Shown: piece after piece, positions 1-8,055 of the stretch | Position numbering within the stretch: position 1 is the stretch's first letter | How the letters are laid out: each line of letters opens with the position of its first letter | Assembly (NCBI GenBank): GCA_964412195.1 | Contig: CAYPNP010000002.1 | Span: 361,308-425,307, forward strand | From: an uncultured Acidobacteriota bacterium | GTDB taxonomy: Bacteria > Acidobacteriota > JAAYUB01 | Direction: 5' to 3' | Length of the DNA: 64,000 bases | Program-made: the position numbers and the translations under genes | Notes under the pieces: model-generated | The model's input: only the letters and a program-made list of their open reading frames with translations | Databases searched by the model: none | What the model was told of the DNA's origin: nothing

Positions 1-30
1 GCGCCCGCCCCGAAAATCAGCCCGACCCCA

Positions 31-498
31 ATGCGGCGGGAACTCGCCCCGCCGAAGGTTGAAAGCGTCGCACCCGTGCTGCCCCCGGCGGTCGACCTGC
101 AACCCGCCCCGCCACCCCAAACCAAGGCCAGGGCCACCGCACCGCCGCCGGCACCCCGCCCGGCTGCCACGACGGTTTTCCCCATCGACGAGCGGTTGGT
201 CCTTTTTCCCCTGCTGGCCATCATGCTGGCCCTCGGCAGCCTGCTCGCGGTCCGCTTCTTTGCCAAGCGCCCGGCTTCCTCTAAAGAAGCGCCCGCCGCC
301 ACGGTGCCGGCAGCCGCGGCGGAACCGGAGGAAATCGTCCTCCCTCCGGAAACATCTTCCGACCCCGAACCCGCGTTCCTCGAGGACCTGCGGTTTCGCG
401 AATCCCTTTTTCAGAAGGGATTCAGCAAGCCGAAACGGGTTTCCAATCGCGACATCGTCGTCGACATTGACACCTATGAGGTAGGAAAAGAACTATGA
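31..498 (+). CDS. Pro-rich single-pass membrane protein, hypothetical; the frame is open back to nt 1, so it may extend upstream of the window
   Basis: ORF with high GC3 bias and one hydrophobic helix (LVLFPLLAIMLALGSLLAVRFF). Its stop overlaps the next start (ATGA at 495-498), which suggests translational coupling. Confidence 0.4.
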   Translation: MRRELAPPKVESVAPVLPPAVDLQPAPPPQTKARATAPPPAPRPAATTVFPIDERLVLFPLLAIMLALGSLLAVRFFAKRPASSKEAPAATVPAAAAEPEEIVLPPETSSDPEPAFLEDLRFRESLFQKGFSKPKRVSNRDIVVDIDTYEVGKEL

Positions 499-1640
499 AA
501 TCACAACACCTGCTCCTCATCTGCTTATTGGCGATTGCCTCGGCGGGCGGCTGCCTGATGGCAGTGGAAAAAGTCCCCGCCAATATCATTGAGATTCGGA
601 ATTCCGGAGACATTGTGCTGGGGGTTCCCTCCAGCGCCGGGCTGTCCGGCGCCAAGGGGGAGATTTTTTACTCGGTCGTCGCCGACGGCGTCAGCCGGGA
701 AGTCGTGCCCGCGACCTTCACGGTTGTCGAGATCCTCGACCTCACCCGGGTGCGGATCCGGATCGACCTCCAGAATGGCCAGATCCAGCCTTCCTACTCC
801 GCCCGGATTCTCACCAGTTCCGTGCCCGCCGTACCGGCTCCGCCGCCACCTCCGGCGACCACCCCCGCCGCCTCGGCTCCCCCGGCGGCCTCCAGGGTCA
901 TGACCGTCAATGAATTCCTGGCGGACAAGATCCTGATCCCCAAAGGCCCCGCCGATATCGGTGTGGATAAGAAGGATTGCAAGTACTGGAACGAAACTCC
1001 CGCCCATCGTGCCCCGGTGGGGGAATTTTACATCGGCAAATACGAGGTGACCGTCGAGCAGTACCGCGAGTTCCTCGAGAAAACCCGTCACGCCATGCCC
1101 TCCAATTGGAAGGATTCCCGCCCTCCGGCCGGCACGGATCACCACCCGATTGTGAACATCACCTACGATGACGCCCAGGATTATTGCGAGTGGGCCATGG
1201 TCCGCCTGCCCTCCGAGGAAGAGTGGGAATGGGCCGGCCGCTGCGGGGTCTACAAGTTCTATCCCTGGGGCGATAAATACAAGGAAAAGTACTCCAACAT
1301 CGAGGAAACCAAGTTCGATGGCCCCATCCCCGTGGGTGACATGCCCAAGGACCTCTCCAAGTTCGGCGTCTGGGACCTGGCGGGCAATGTTTCCGAGTGG
1401 ACGGCGTCCACCTACAAGGCCTACCCCGGCAACACCCACCCGGAACCGGAATACAACCAGGACCTGCGGGTCGTGCGCGGAGGAAACTTCTCCGCCGACA
1501 AGAAGTACTCGCGGCTGATCTTCCGCGCCGCCGTTAAGGACGATTACAAGGCCTGCGATCTCGGATTCCGGGTGGCCATCAGCGTCGAAGCCGTCGACGA
1601 ACTGGTCCGCAAAGGGTTGCTGCGGGCCTCCGGGGAATGA
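495..1640 (+). CDS. lipoprotein with a C-terminal formylglycine-generating-enzyme (FGE-sulfatase/SUMF1) domain
   Basis: Lipobox-type signal (LLAIASAGGC), a Pro-rich linker, and a C-terminal domain carrying FGE-family motifs (GVWDLAGNVSEWT, RVVRGGNF, DLGFRVA). Confidence 0.75.
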   Translation: MKSQHLLLICLLAIASAGGCLMAVEKVPANIIEIRNSGDIVLGVPSSAGLSGAKGEIFYSVVADGVSREVVPATFTVVEILDLTRVRIRIDLQNGQIQPSYSARILTSSVPAVPAPPPPPATTPAASAPPAASRVMTVNEFLADKILIPKGPADIGVDKKDCKYWNETPAHRAPVGEFYIGKYEVTVEQYREFLEKTRHAMPSNWKDSRPPAGTDHHPIVNITYDDAQDYCEWAMVRLPSEEEWEWAGRCGVYKFYPWGDKYKEKYSNIEETKFDGPIPVGDMPKDLSKFGVWDLAGNVSEWTASTYKAYPGNTHPEPEYNQDLRVVRGGNFSADKKYSRLIFRAAVKDDYKACDLGFRVAISVEAVDELVRKGLLRASGE

Positions 1641-2362
1641 CCGATCTCCACAATCACCTGCTCTGGGGGGTGGACGATGGGGCGTCCACCCTTTCGGATT
1701 CCCGGTCGATGCTTGCCGCCTACGCCCGTCTGGGCTATGTCCGGATCGCCTGCACTCCGCACAGCTTTCACCCCAGCTTCCCCCCGCCGGATCCGGACCT
1801 GCTTCAGGACCGTTTTCAGGAACTCGAATCTGTCGGACGCGAAATGGGATTGGAGCTGCTGCTCTGGAGCGAGCATTATCTGTCCGCTGAATTGATCGAT
1901 GCCATGGAGACCCGGACGGGTCGCCTGAGCCTGCTCCAGGATCGCTATCTGCTGGTGGAACTCGGCGCATTCACCAACCTGCAGCACTTTGGCAACTTCT
2001 CCTTCCGGTTGCAGCTGGCCCGCATCACGCCGATCCTGGCGCACCCGGAACGTTATGCCCACGTGGAGCGCCAATGGCCCCAGTTCACCCGCATCCGGGA
2101 GTGCGGGTGCCTGTTCCAATTGAACGCCGCCAGCCTCGCCGGGATCGAGGGCAAGCAGGTCAAACAGCGCGCCCTGCGTCTGATCGAGGAAGGATTGGCC
2201 GACCTGGTGGCCAGCGACGCCCACACGGCCGACGATGTGGCGAGGTTCGTGCCCCCCGCCCTCGCCTGCGTCAAGCAGTCGTTCGGTCCCGAGGCGGTCC
2301 GCCTTCTCTTCTCCGAGAATCCCGGCCGGATCGCCCGGGGAGCGGCGCCGACCACCTGTTGA
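1637..2362 (+). CDS. CpsB/YwqE-family PHP-domain protein-tyrosine phosphatase
   Basis: N-terminus MTDLHNHLLWGVDDGA and a downstream SDAH motif, typical of capsule-locus Mn-dependent tyrosine phosphatases. Start overlaps the previous stop. Confidence 0.75.
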   Translation: MTDLHNHLLWGVDDGASTLSDSRSMLAAYARLGYVRIACTPHSFHPSFPPPDPDLLQDRFQELESVGREMGLELLLWSEHYLSAELIDAMETRTGRLSLLQDRYLLVELGAFTNLQHFGNFSFRLQLARITPILAHPERYAHVERQWPQFTRIRECGCLFQLNAASLAGIEGKQVKQRALRLIEEGLADLVASDAHTADDVARFVPPALACVKQSFGPEAVRLLFSENPGRIARGAAPTTC

Positions 2363-2409
2363 CCCGATCCTCTCGCTGGAGGCATTGATTCCCATTTCGA
2401 GGTGAAGAC

Positions 2410-3678
2410 TTGTCCCGGTACCGGATCGCCTTCAGGGTCATCGCCGCGCTCCTCCTGTTCGCGTTGGCGGCGTGGAACCTCCTCCTTTCCATCTCCGCCG
2501 TGGACCGAACCCAGGAGACAGACCTCGCCGTCATCCAGCGGAAGGTCCGCCAATACCCCTGGCGGGCGGAGAGCTGGTATATCCTCGGCAGCATCCGGGC
2601 CGTCGACATGCGCTTCGCCTCCGCCGCGGACGCCCGCCGTTGCCTCGAGCGCGCCGTCAATCTCAATCCGTGGAACTACAAATACTGGGCGTCCCTCGCC
2701 GATGTCCTGACGGCCGCTGGAGACGACGCCCCTGCGCAGGAATGCATGGCTGCCTCCCTGGAACTCAACCGGGCCTTCACCGACCTCTACTGGCGGGCGG
2801 CCAATTTCTACGTCCGCCGCCAGGATTTCGAAAATGCCGCACGCTGCTTCCGGCAGTCGCTGGCGGGCGATCCCGGTCTGCTGCGCCCGGTGCTGACCAT
2901 CTGCTGGCGGGCCTGGCCCGATCGTGCCGCAATCCTCCGGGACGTCATCCCCTCGACGACACCCATGACCTTGAATGCGCTGCAGTGGTGCCTGGAGACG
3001 AAGGAGCTGGCCCTCGCCCGGCATTGCTGGGACCGGGTGATCCAGTCCGGTGAAATCATCGCGCCGCAGTCCTCGTTCGGATACATCAACGCCCTCATCC
3101 AGGCGGGACTGCCCGCGGATGCCCACCGGGTATGGGAGGAAACTCTCTCCAGGTCCGGCGGGGTCAGGCAGGCGGACAGCCCCAACCACGTTTACAACGG
3201 GAGCTTCGAACAGCCGTTTCTCAACGGCGGATTTGACTGGCGGCTCCGCACGTCGCCCCACCTGTCCGTGTTCGAAGCATCAGACCAGCGCTTTCACGAG
3301 TACCGTTCACTCAAACTGGTGTTCGACGGGGAGGAGAACTGGTCCGGGCCGATCCTGTTCCAGTACGTGTGGTTGGAAAAGAGGGGGGTCTACCACCTGG
3401 ACTACGCGCTCCAGAGCGAAGGCCTTTCGACCGACAAGGGCCTCTATTTCGAGATCCGGCAAGTCAGCCCGGAGGGGAATCCCGCCCTCCTCGCCAAGGG
3501 GCCGGAGCACCTGGACGATTCGGACTGGTCGATCCACTCGGTGCCGTTCACGGTCAGGGGGGACGGCACGCTGGTCGCATTCTCCCTCTGCCGCGACCCC
3601 TCCCGGAAAATCGACTGCCAGATCAAGGGCAAGGCTTGGCTGGACGACGTCCGCATCGAACGGGAGGCAGGCCCATGA
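2410..3678 (+). CDS. TPR-repeat membrane protein with a C-terminal beta-rich domain (hypothetical); TTG start
   Basis: N-terminal TM helix (IAALLLFALAAWNLLLSI), TPR-like helical repeats, and good coding bias. Stop overlaps the start of the next gene. Confidence 0.55.
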   Translation: MSRYRIAFRVIAALLLFALAAWNLLLSISAVDRTQETDLAVIQRKVRQYPWRAESWYILGSIRAVDMRFASAADARRCLERAVNLNPWNYKYWASLADVLTAAGDDAPAQECMAASLELNRAFTDLYWRAANFYVRRQDFENAARCFRQSLAGDPGLLRPVLTICWRAWPDRAAILRDVIPSTTPMTLNALQWCLETKELALARHCWDRVIQSGEIIAPQSSFGYINALIQAGLPADAHRVWEETLSRSGGVRQADSPNHVYNGSFEQPFLNGGFDWRLRTSPHLSVFEASDQRFHEYRSLKLVFDGEENWSGPILFQYVWLEKRGVYHLDYALQSEGLSTDKGLYFEIRQVSPEGNPALLAKGPEHLDDSDWSIHSVPFTVRGDGTLVAFSLCRDPSRKIDCQIKGKAWLDDVRIEREAGP

Positions 3679-5105
3679 CCCTTGCAATCCAGGAACTCCT
3701 CCTGTTCCTCTCCCTGGGATTTGCCGTGGTGGCGTTCGGGGCGAATCCCGACTGGGCCCGCCACATCTTCTGCATGCTGGTTTTTCTCACCGGCGCCTTC
3801 ATCGTGTTGACCACCCCGCCGGTTCCGACCGGCCGGCCTCTCCGCCGGTCCGCCGCGGTCCTGGCCGTCCTGATGGCCATCCCGCTCCTCCAGGTGGTCC
3901 CGCTGCCCACGCCCGTCCAGCAGGCGCTTTCACCGGTCCACGCCGCAATGATCCAACGGCTGGCCCAGACTGGCCTCCTGGAATCCTCCCCGGCCCACCG
4001 GACCCTGAGCATCTACCCCTTCGGCACCCTGGAACAATACGCGGTGCTCCTGGCGGCCGGGGTGCTTTTCTACGTGGGACGGCGTCGTTTCCTCGACACC
4101 GGCAGCCTTCAGCGGCTGGCCTGGGTCGTCCTGGGCCTGGGTTTCCTGGAATCCCTCTATGGCCTGTTTCAATACCTCGGCAAGATCCCGCACCCGTTCC
4201 TGCAGCCCGGATACGAGCTGGCGTCGGTGGCCAGCGGAACGTACGTCAACCGGAACCATTTCGCCGGCCTGCTTGAAATGGCCTTCCCCATCGCCATCGC
4301 CATCGCCTACGCGCACTTCCTCGTCCGGATCCACCCCGAGGTCCGCAGGACCCGCCGGTGGGTCCGCGCCCTGCTGACCCACCCCGACATGCCGCTCTTC
4401 TGCCTGTTCCTCTTCATCGCGGTGTGGATCTGCCTCGGGATCATCTTCTCCATGTCGCGGACCGGGATCACCAGCATGCTGGTGACCAGCCTCCTGATGG
4501 TCTTGCTGCTGGGGATCCGCCACAGCCGGCGCAGGATCCAGGTCCTCGGGCTGGTGTTCCTCCTGGCTGTCGCGGGCTATGCGGCGTACATCGGGATGGA
4601 AGAGGTGCTTCAGAGATTCGAACAGCTGCTGCGGGAGGATGCGGTGCTGCGGGAAGGGCGGATGGAAGTCTGGCGAGACTCCGTCACCATGATCCGCGAC
4701 TTCCCCCTGACTGGTGTCGGGTTGGGGAACTACCAGCACGCCTTCCACAAGTACAACCAGGTGCCCCGAAACGTGATTTACGACCACGCCCACAACGACT
4801 ACCTGGAATTCATCTCCGAGTTGGGCATACCGGCGGGTCTCCTGTTGATCGGCGCGGTCCTGTTCATCTTCGGGCGGGGGCTTCTCGCCTTCTTCCGGGT
4901 GGAGGGCAATCCCACGCTCCAAGCCATGCTCCTGGGCACCACCGGGGGGATCTTCAGCCTGCTGCTGCATAGCTTCACCGACTTCAACCTGCAGATCCCC
5001 GCCAACCTGGCCCTGTTCGCCCTGATCCTGGCGGCCGCCGCGGCCATGACGGAGAAGGAAGCTGCCGATTGGGCCGAAGCGGAGGCGGAGGCCGAACCGG
5101 AGTGA
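3675..5105 (+). CDS. O-antigen ligase family (Wzy_C) polytopic membrane protein
   Basis: Multiple TM segments plus the conserved region NRNHFAGLLEMAF...GVGLGNYQHAF...YDHAHNDYLEFISELG typical of WaaL/Wzy_C. The internal ATG at 3675 overlaps the upstream stop; the track ORF begins earlier (3369) in non-coding-looking sequence. Confidence 0.7.
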   Translation: MTLAIQELLLFLSLGFAVVAFGANPDWARHIFCMLVFLTGAFIVLTTPPVPTGRPLRRSAAVLAVLMAIPLLQVVPLPTPVQQALSPVHAAMIQRLAQTGLLESSPAHRTLSIYPFGTLEQYAVLLAAGVLFYVGRRRFLDTGSLQRLAWVVLGLGFLESLYGLFQYLGKIPHPFLQPGYELASVASGTYVNRNHFAGLLEMAFPIAIAIAYAHFLVRIHPEVRRTRRWVRALLTHPDMPLFCLFLFIAVWICLGIIFSMSRTGITSMLVTSLLMVLLLGIRHSRRRIQVLGLVFLLAVAGYAAYIGMEEVLQRFEQLLREDAVLREGRMEVWRDSVTMIRDFPLTGVGLGNYQHAFHKYNQVPRNVIYDHAHNDYLEFISELGIPAGLLLIGAVLFIFGRGLLAFFRVEGNPTLQAMLLGTTGGIFSLLLHSFTDFNLQIPANLALFALILAAAAAMTEKEAADWAEAEAEAEPE

Positions 5106-5204
5106 GCCCCGGGAGAACGGGAAATCGCCTGGAAAATCTCCTGTTGTCCCCCCTTTCCCCGCCGTGCTATACTGCCGTTGCGTTATTTGCATCGGTTGGA
5201 ATCA

Positions 5205-5303
5205 GTTTGGCTCTGGGGCACCAATTCAGAACCTCGAACCCTGCCAGATCCGGAAGGAAGCAACAGTAAGAGCGCCCTCTGTTTGTGGTGTTTCCAGAGC
5301 CTT
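5205..5303 (+). ncRNA. ffs: signal recognition particle RNA (small SRP RNA / 4.5S, ffs)
   Basis: Conserved SRP domain IV motif CCAGATCCGGAAGGAAGCAACAG. A terminal helix is formed by GGCTCTGG (5209) and CCAGAGCC (5294-5301), followed by a T-rich tail. It sits immediately upstream of dnaX, as in many bacteria. Confidence 0.55.
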
Positions 5304-5331
5304 TTATTCTTTCGTCCCAGCTTGAGCTGAC

Positions 5332-6975
5332 ATGCAGTACAAAGTCATCGCCCGGAAATGGCGCCCCCAGCAGTTTGACGACGTCGTGGGGCAGAAGACG
5401 ATCACCCGGACGCTGCAGAACGCCATCCAGCAGAACCGGATCGCCCACGCCTACCTCTTCACCGGCACGCGGGGCGTCGGGAAGACCTCCACCGCGCGCA
5501 TCCTGGCCAAGGCGCTCAACTGCGCCCAGGGCCCCACGCCGCACCCCTGCGACCAGTGCGACTCCTGCACCGAGATCATGCAGGGCAACTCGGTGGATGT
5601 CCTGGAGATCGACGCCGCCTCCAACCGCGGCATCGGCGAGATCCGCGAGCTGCGCGAAAACGTGCAGTACGCCCCCTCCCGGGACCGCTACAAGATCTTC
5701 ATCATCGACGAAGTCCACATGCTCACCATGGAGGCCTTCAACGCGCTCCTCAAGACCCTGGAGGAGCCGCCCGGGCACGTGATCTTCATCCTGGCGACCA
5801 CCGAGCTGTACAAGATCCCGCAGACCATCGTCTCGCGCTGCCAGCAGTTCGATTTCCGGATCGTGCCGTTCGACGAGATCTTCCAGCGGCTGAAGCGGAT
5901 CCTGCGGGCCGAGCAGATGGAGATTTCGGACCAGGCCCTGCACTTCGTCGTCAAGGCGAGCGGCGGCAGCATGCGCGATGCCGAGTCCGCCCTCCAGAAA
6001 ATCGTTTCGCTCGGCGGGGAAGGCGTCAGCGACGAGGACGTGGCCTCCCTGCTCGGCGTCATCCACCAGGATTCCCTAAACCGGATGATGAAGGCCATCC
6101 TCGAGCAGGACCGGCCGGCGATCATCGAACTGATCGACCAGCTGTACGAACGGGGCCACGACCTGCAGAATTTCCTCCGCTCGTTCATGGAATTCGTCCG
6201 CCACGTGGCCATCTACCAGATCACCCGGTCCGACTACCACCTCGTCTCGCTTTCAAAGGACGACATCGGCTTCATCGGGGAGGTGGCCACCCAGATGCAG
6301 CTCGAGGACTGCATCCGGTATTACGACCTGCTGCTGCGGAGCGACAGCGAGCTGCGCTGGACGCCCTTCGTGCGCTTCCACGTCGAAATGGCGTTCCTCA
6401 AGCTGGCTGCCCTGCCCCATCTGGCCTCCCTCGAGGAGATCGTGCTGGCGCTGCAGGAATTGCCCTCCGCCCTCCCCGGCGAGGAGCCGCCCGCCCCGGT
6501 GCGGTTCGATGCGGTCCCGTCGAATTCGAAATCCCCTCCGGCGCCGGCCGCCCCGCCCCCCGCTCCTGGGCCGGTGGCTCCAGCCGCGGCCGGGGATCGG
6601 GACAAGCTTCGCCTTCTCCGGGAGGAGATCGGCAAGAAAATAGCCCCCCTCCAACCCTTCCTCGCCCGCCTGGAGCTCCGGCTAGCTGGCAAGACCCTGC
6701 AGATCATCGTGCCGGAGAACAGCTTCTTCGAGAAAACCCTCCGCCAACCCAATACTCAGCAGCAGCTGGGCGAGGTCTACAGAAGCCTGTTCAACACCAC
6801 GCCGGAAATCGTCATCCAGCCCAAGCCGGTGGAAGTCAACGTCTCCAGCGAGGCGGAGAAAAAAAAACTGGCGGAGGAGCAGAAGCGCATCGAAGCCCTC
6901 TTCATGGATGACCCGGTGGCCCGCATCCTGATCGACAAGGTCTCGGGCAAGTGGATCTTCCGGAAGCCGTCCTGA
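5332..6975 (+). CDS. dnaX: DNA polymerase III subunit gamma/tau
   Basis: N-terminus MQYKVIARKWRPQQFDDVVGQ, a Walker A (GTRGVGKTS), zinc-module cysteines, and a Pro-rich linker. Confidence 0.9.
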   Translation: MQYKVIARKWRPQQFDDVVGQKTITRTLQNAIQQNRIAHAYLFTGTRGVGKTSTARILAKALNCAQGPTPHPCDQCDSCTEIMQGNSVDVLEIDAASNRGIGEIRELRENVQYAPSRDRYKIFIIDEVHMLTMEAFNALLKTLEEPPGHVIFILATTELYKIPQTIVSRCQQFDFRIVPFDEIFQRLKRILRAEQMEISDQALHFVVKASGGSMRDAESALQKIVSLGGEGVSDEDVASLLGVIHQDSLNRMMKAILEQDRPAIIELIDQLYERGHDLQNFLRSFMEFVRHVAIYQITRSDYHLVSLSKDDIGFIGEVATQMQLEDCIRYYDLLLRSDSELRWTPFVRFHVEMAFLKLAALPHLASLEEIVLALQELPSALPGEEPPAPVRFDAVPSNSKSPPAPAAPPPAPGPVAPAAAGDRDKLRLLREEIGKKIAPLQPFLARLELRLAGKTLQIIVPENSFFEKTLRQPNTQQQLGEVYRSLFNTTPEIVIQPKPVEVNVSSEAEKKKLAEEQKRIEALFMDDPVARILIDKVSGKWIFRKPS

Positions 6976-6995
6976 GCCGCCCCGAGGATATCTCC

Positions 6996-7301
6996 ATGGA
7001 CATGCGCAAACTCTTCGAACAGGCCCAGCAGGTTCAGCAGCAGCTCGCGAAGGAGCTTGAGCAGGCCGAAGTGGAGGCTGCCAGCGGCGGCGGGCTGGTG
7101 CGGGTCCGGATGAACGGGAAGAAGGAACTCCTTTCCCTCATCATCGAGGAGGAGGCCTTGGCCGGGGGTGACCGTGGGATGTTGCAGGACCTGATCATCG
7201 CCGCCATCAACCAGGGCTCCCGGAAAATCGACGAGCTTCTCGCCTCCCGGATGGGCAGCCTGGCCGGGAAGCTCGGCCTTTCAGGGCTCCTGGGAGGCTG
7301 A
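6996..7301 (+). CDS. ybaB: nucleoid-associated protein YbaB/EbfC
   Basis: MDMRKLFEQAQQVQQQL...VRVRMNGKKELLSLIIEEEAL is the YbaB family signature. It completes the dnaX-ybaB-recR synteny. Confidence 0.8.
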   Translation: MDMRKLFEQAQQVQQQLAKELEQAEVEAASGGGLVRVRMNGKKELLSLIIEEEALAGGDRGMLQDLIIAAINQGSRKIDELLASRMGSLAGKLGLSGLLGG

Positions 7302-7305
7302 GACA

Positions 7306-7338
7306 ATTGCGGATTGCGAATTGCGGATTGCGGATTTC
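7306..7338. repeat. tandem ATTGCGG/ATTGCGA heptamer repeat, one copy of a dispersed family
   Basis: AATTGCGGATTGCGAATTGCGGATTGCGGATTT seen directly. Related copies occur at 29455-29493 (reverse orientation) and 60652-60738. Confidence 0.7.
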
Positions 7339-7435
7339 AATTTAGAAACGTCGGATTTCGGACATCGGGTCGCGGACCTCGCCCGATCCCAACCCGATAT
7401 CCGAGGTCCGAAGTCCGATGGCCGGATGACCACCG

Positions 7436-8035
7436 ATGAACGCTTTCACTGAACCGCTGGAAAAGATGATGGAGGTGCTCAAGCGCCTCCCGGGCATCGG
7501 TCCGAAGTCGGCCCAGCGCATCGCTTTTTTCCTCCTGCAGTGCGAGGAGGAATACATCCGGACCCTGCTCCAGTCGATCAGCGACGCCCGGTTCACCATC
7601 CGCCTCTGTCGGCAGTGCAACAACTACACCAACGCGGACCGGTGCGAGATCTGCTCCGACCCGCGCCGGGACCACTCGGTCATCTGCGTGGTGGAGCGCC
7701 CGTTCGAGATCGCGGCCATCGAGAAGAGCCGGCACTTCCGCGGCACCTACCACGTGCTGCACGGCGCCCTCTCGCCCATCAACGGGATCGGGCCCGACGA
7801 GCTGAAGCTGGCCAACCTGCTGACCCGCCTCCATCCGGAGCACGTCTCGGAGGTCATCCTCGCGACGAACCCGGACGTGGAGGGTGAGGCCACCGCCCTC
7901 TATCTGGCCCAGCTCATCAAGCCGCTGCAGGTGAAGGTCTCCCGGATCGCACTGGGACTGCCCATGGGCTCCAACCTGGAGTACGCCGATGAGATCACCA
8001 TCACCCGCGCCTTGGAGGGCCGGACCCTCCTCTGA
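7436..8035 (+). CDS. recR: recombination protein RecR
   Basis: HhH motif (LPGIGPKSAQRIAF), C4 zinc finger (CRQCNNYTNADRCEICSD), and a Toprim domain. Confidence 0.9.
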   Translation: MNAFTEPLEKMMEVLKRLPGIGPKSAQRIAFFLLQCEEEYIRTLLQSISDARFTIRLCRQCNNYTNADRCEICSDPRRDHSVICVVERPFEIAAIEKSRHFRGTYHVLHGALSPINGIGPDELKLANLLTRLHPEHVSEVILATNPDVEGEATALYLAQLIKPLQVKVSRIALGLPMGSNLEYADEITITRALEGRTLL

Positions 8036-8055
8036 TCCTGCCGGGGAAATCTTCG

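Noticed and set aside
5167-6066. 299-aa reverse ORF overlapping the SRP RNA and the dnaX start
   Set aside because: It is antisense to dnaX and to the ffs candidate, and it is low-complexity.
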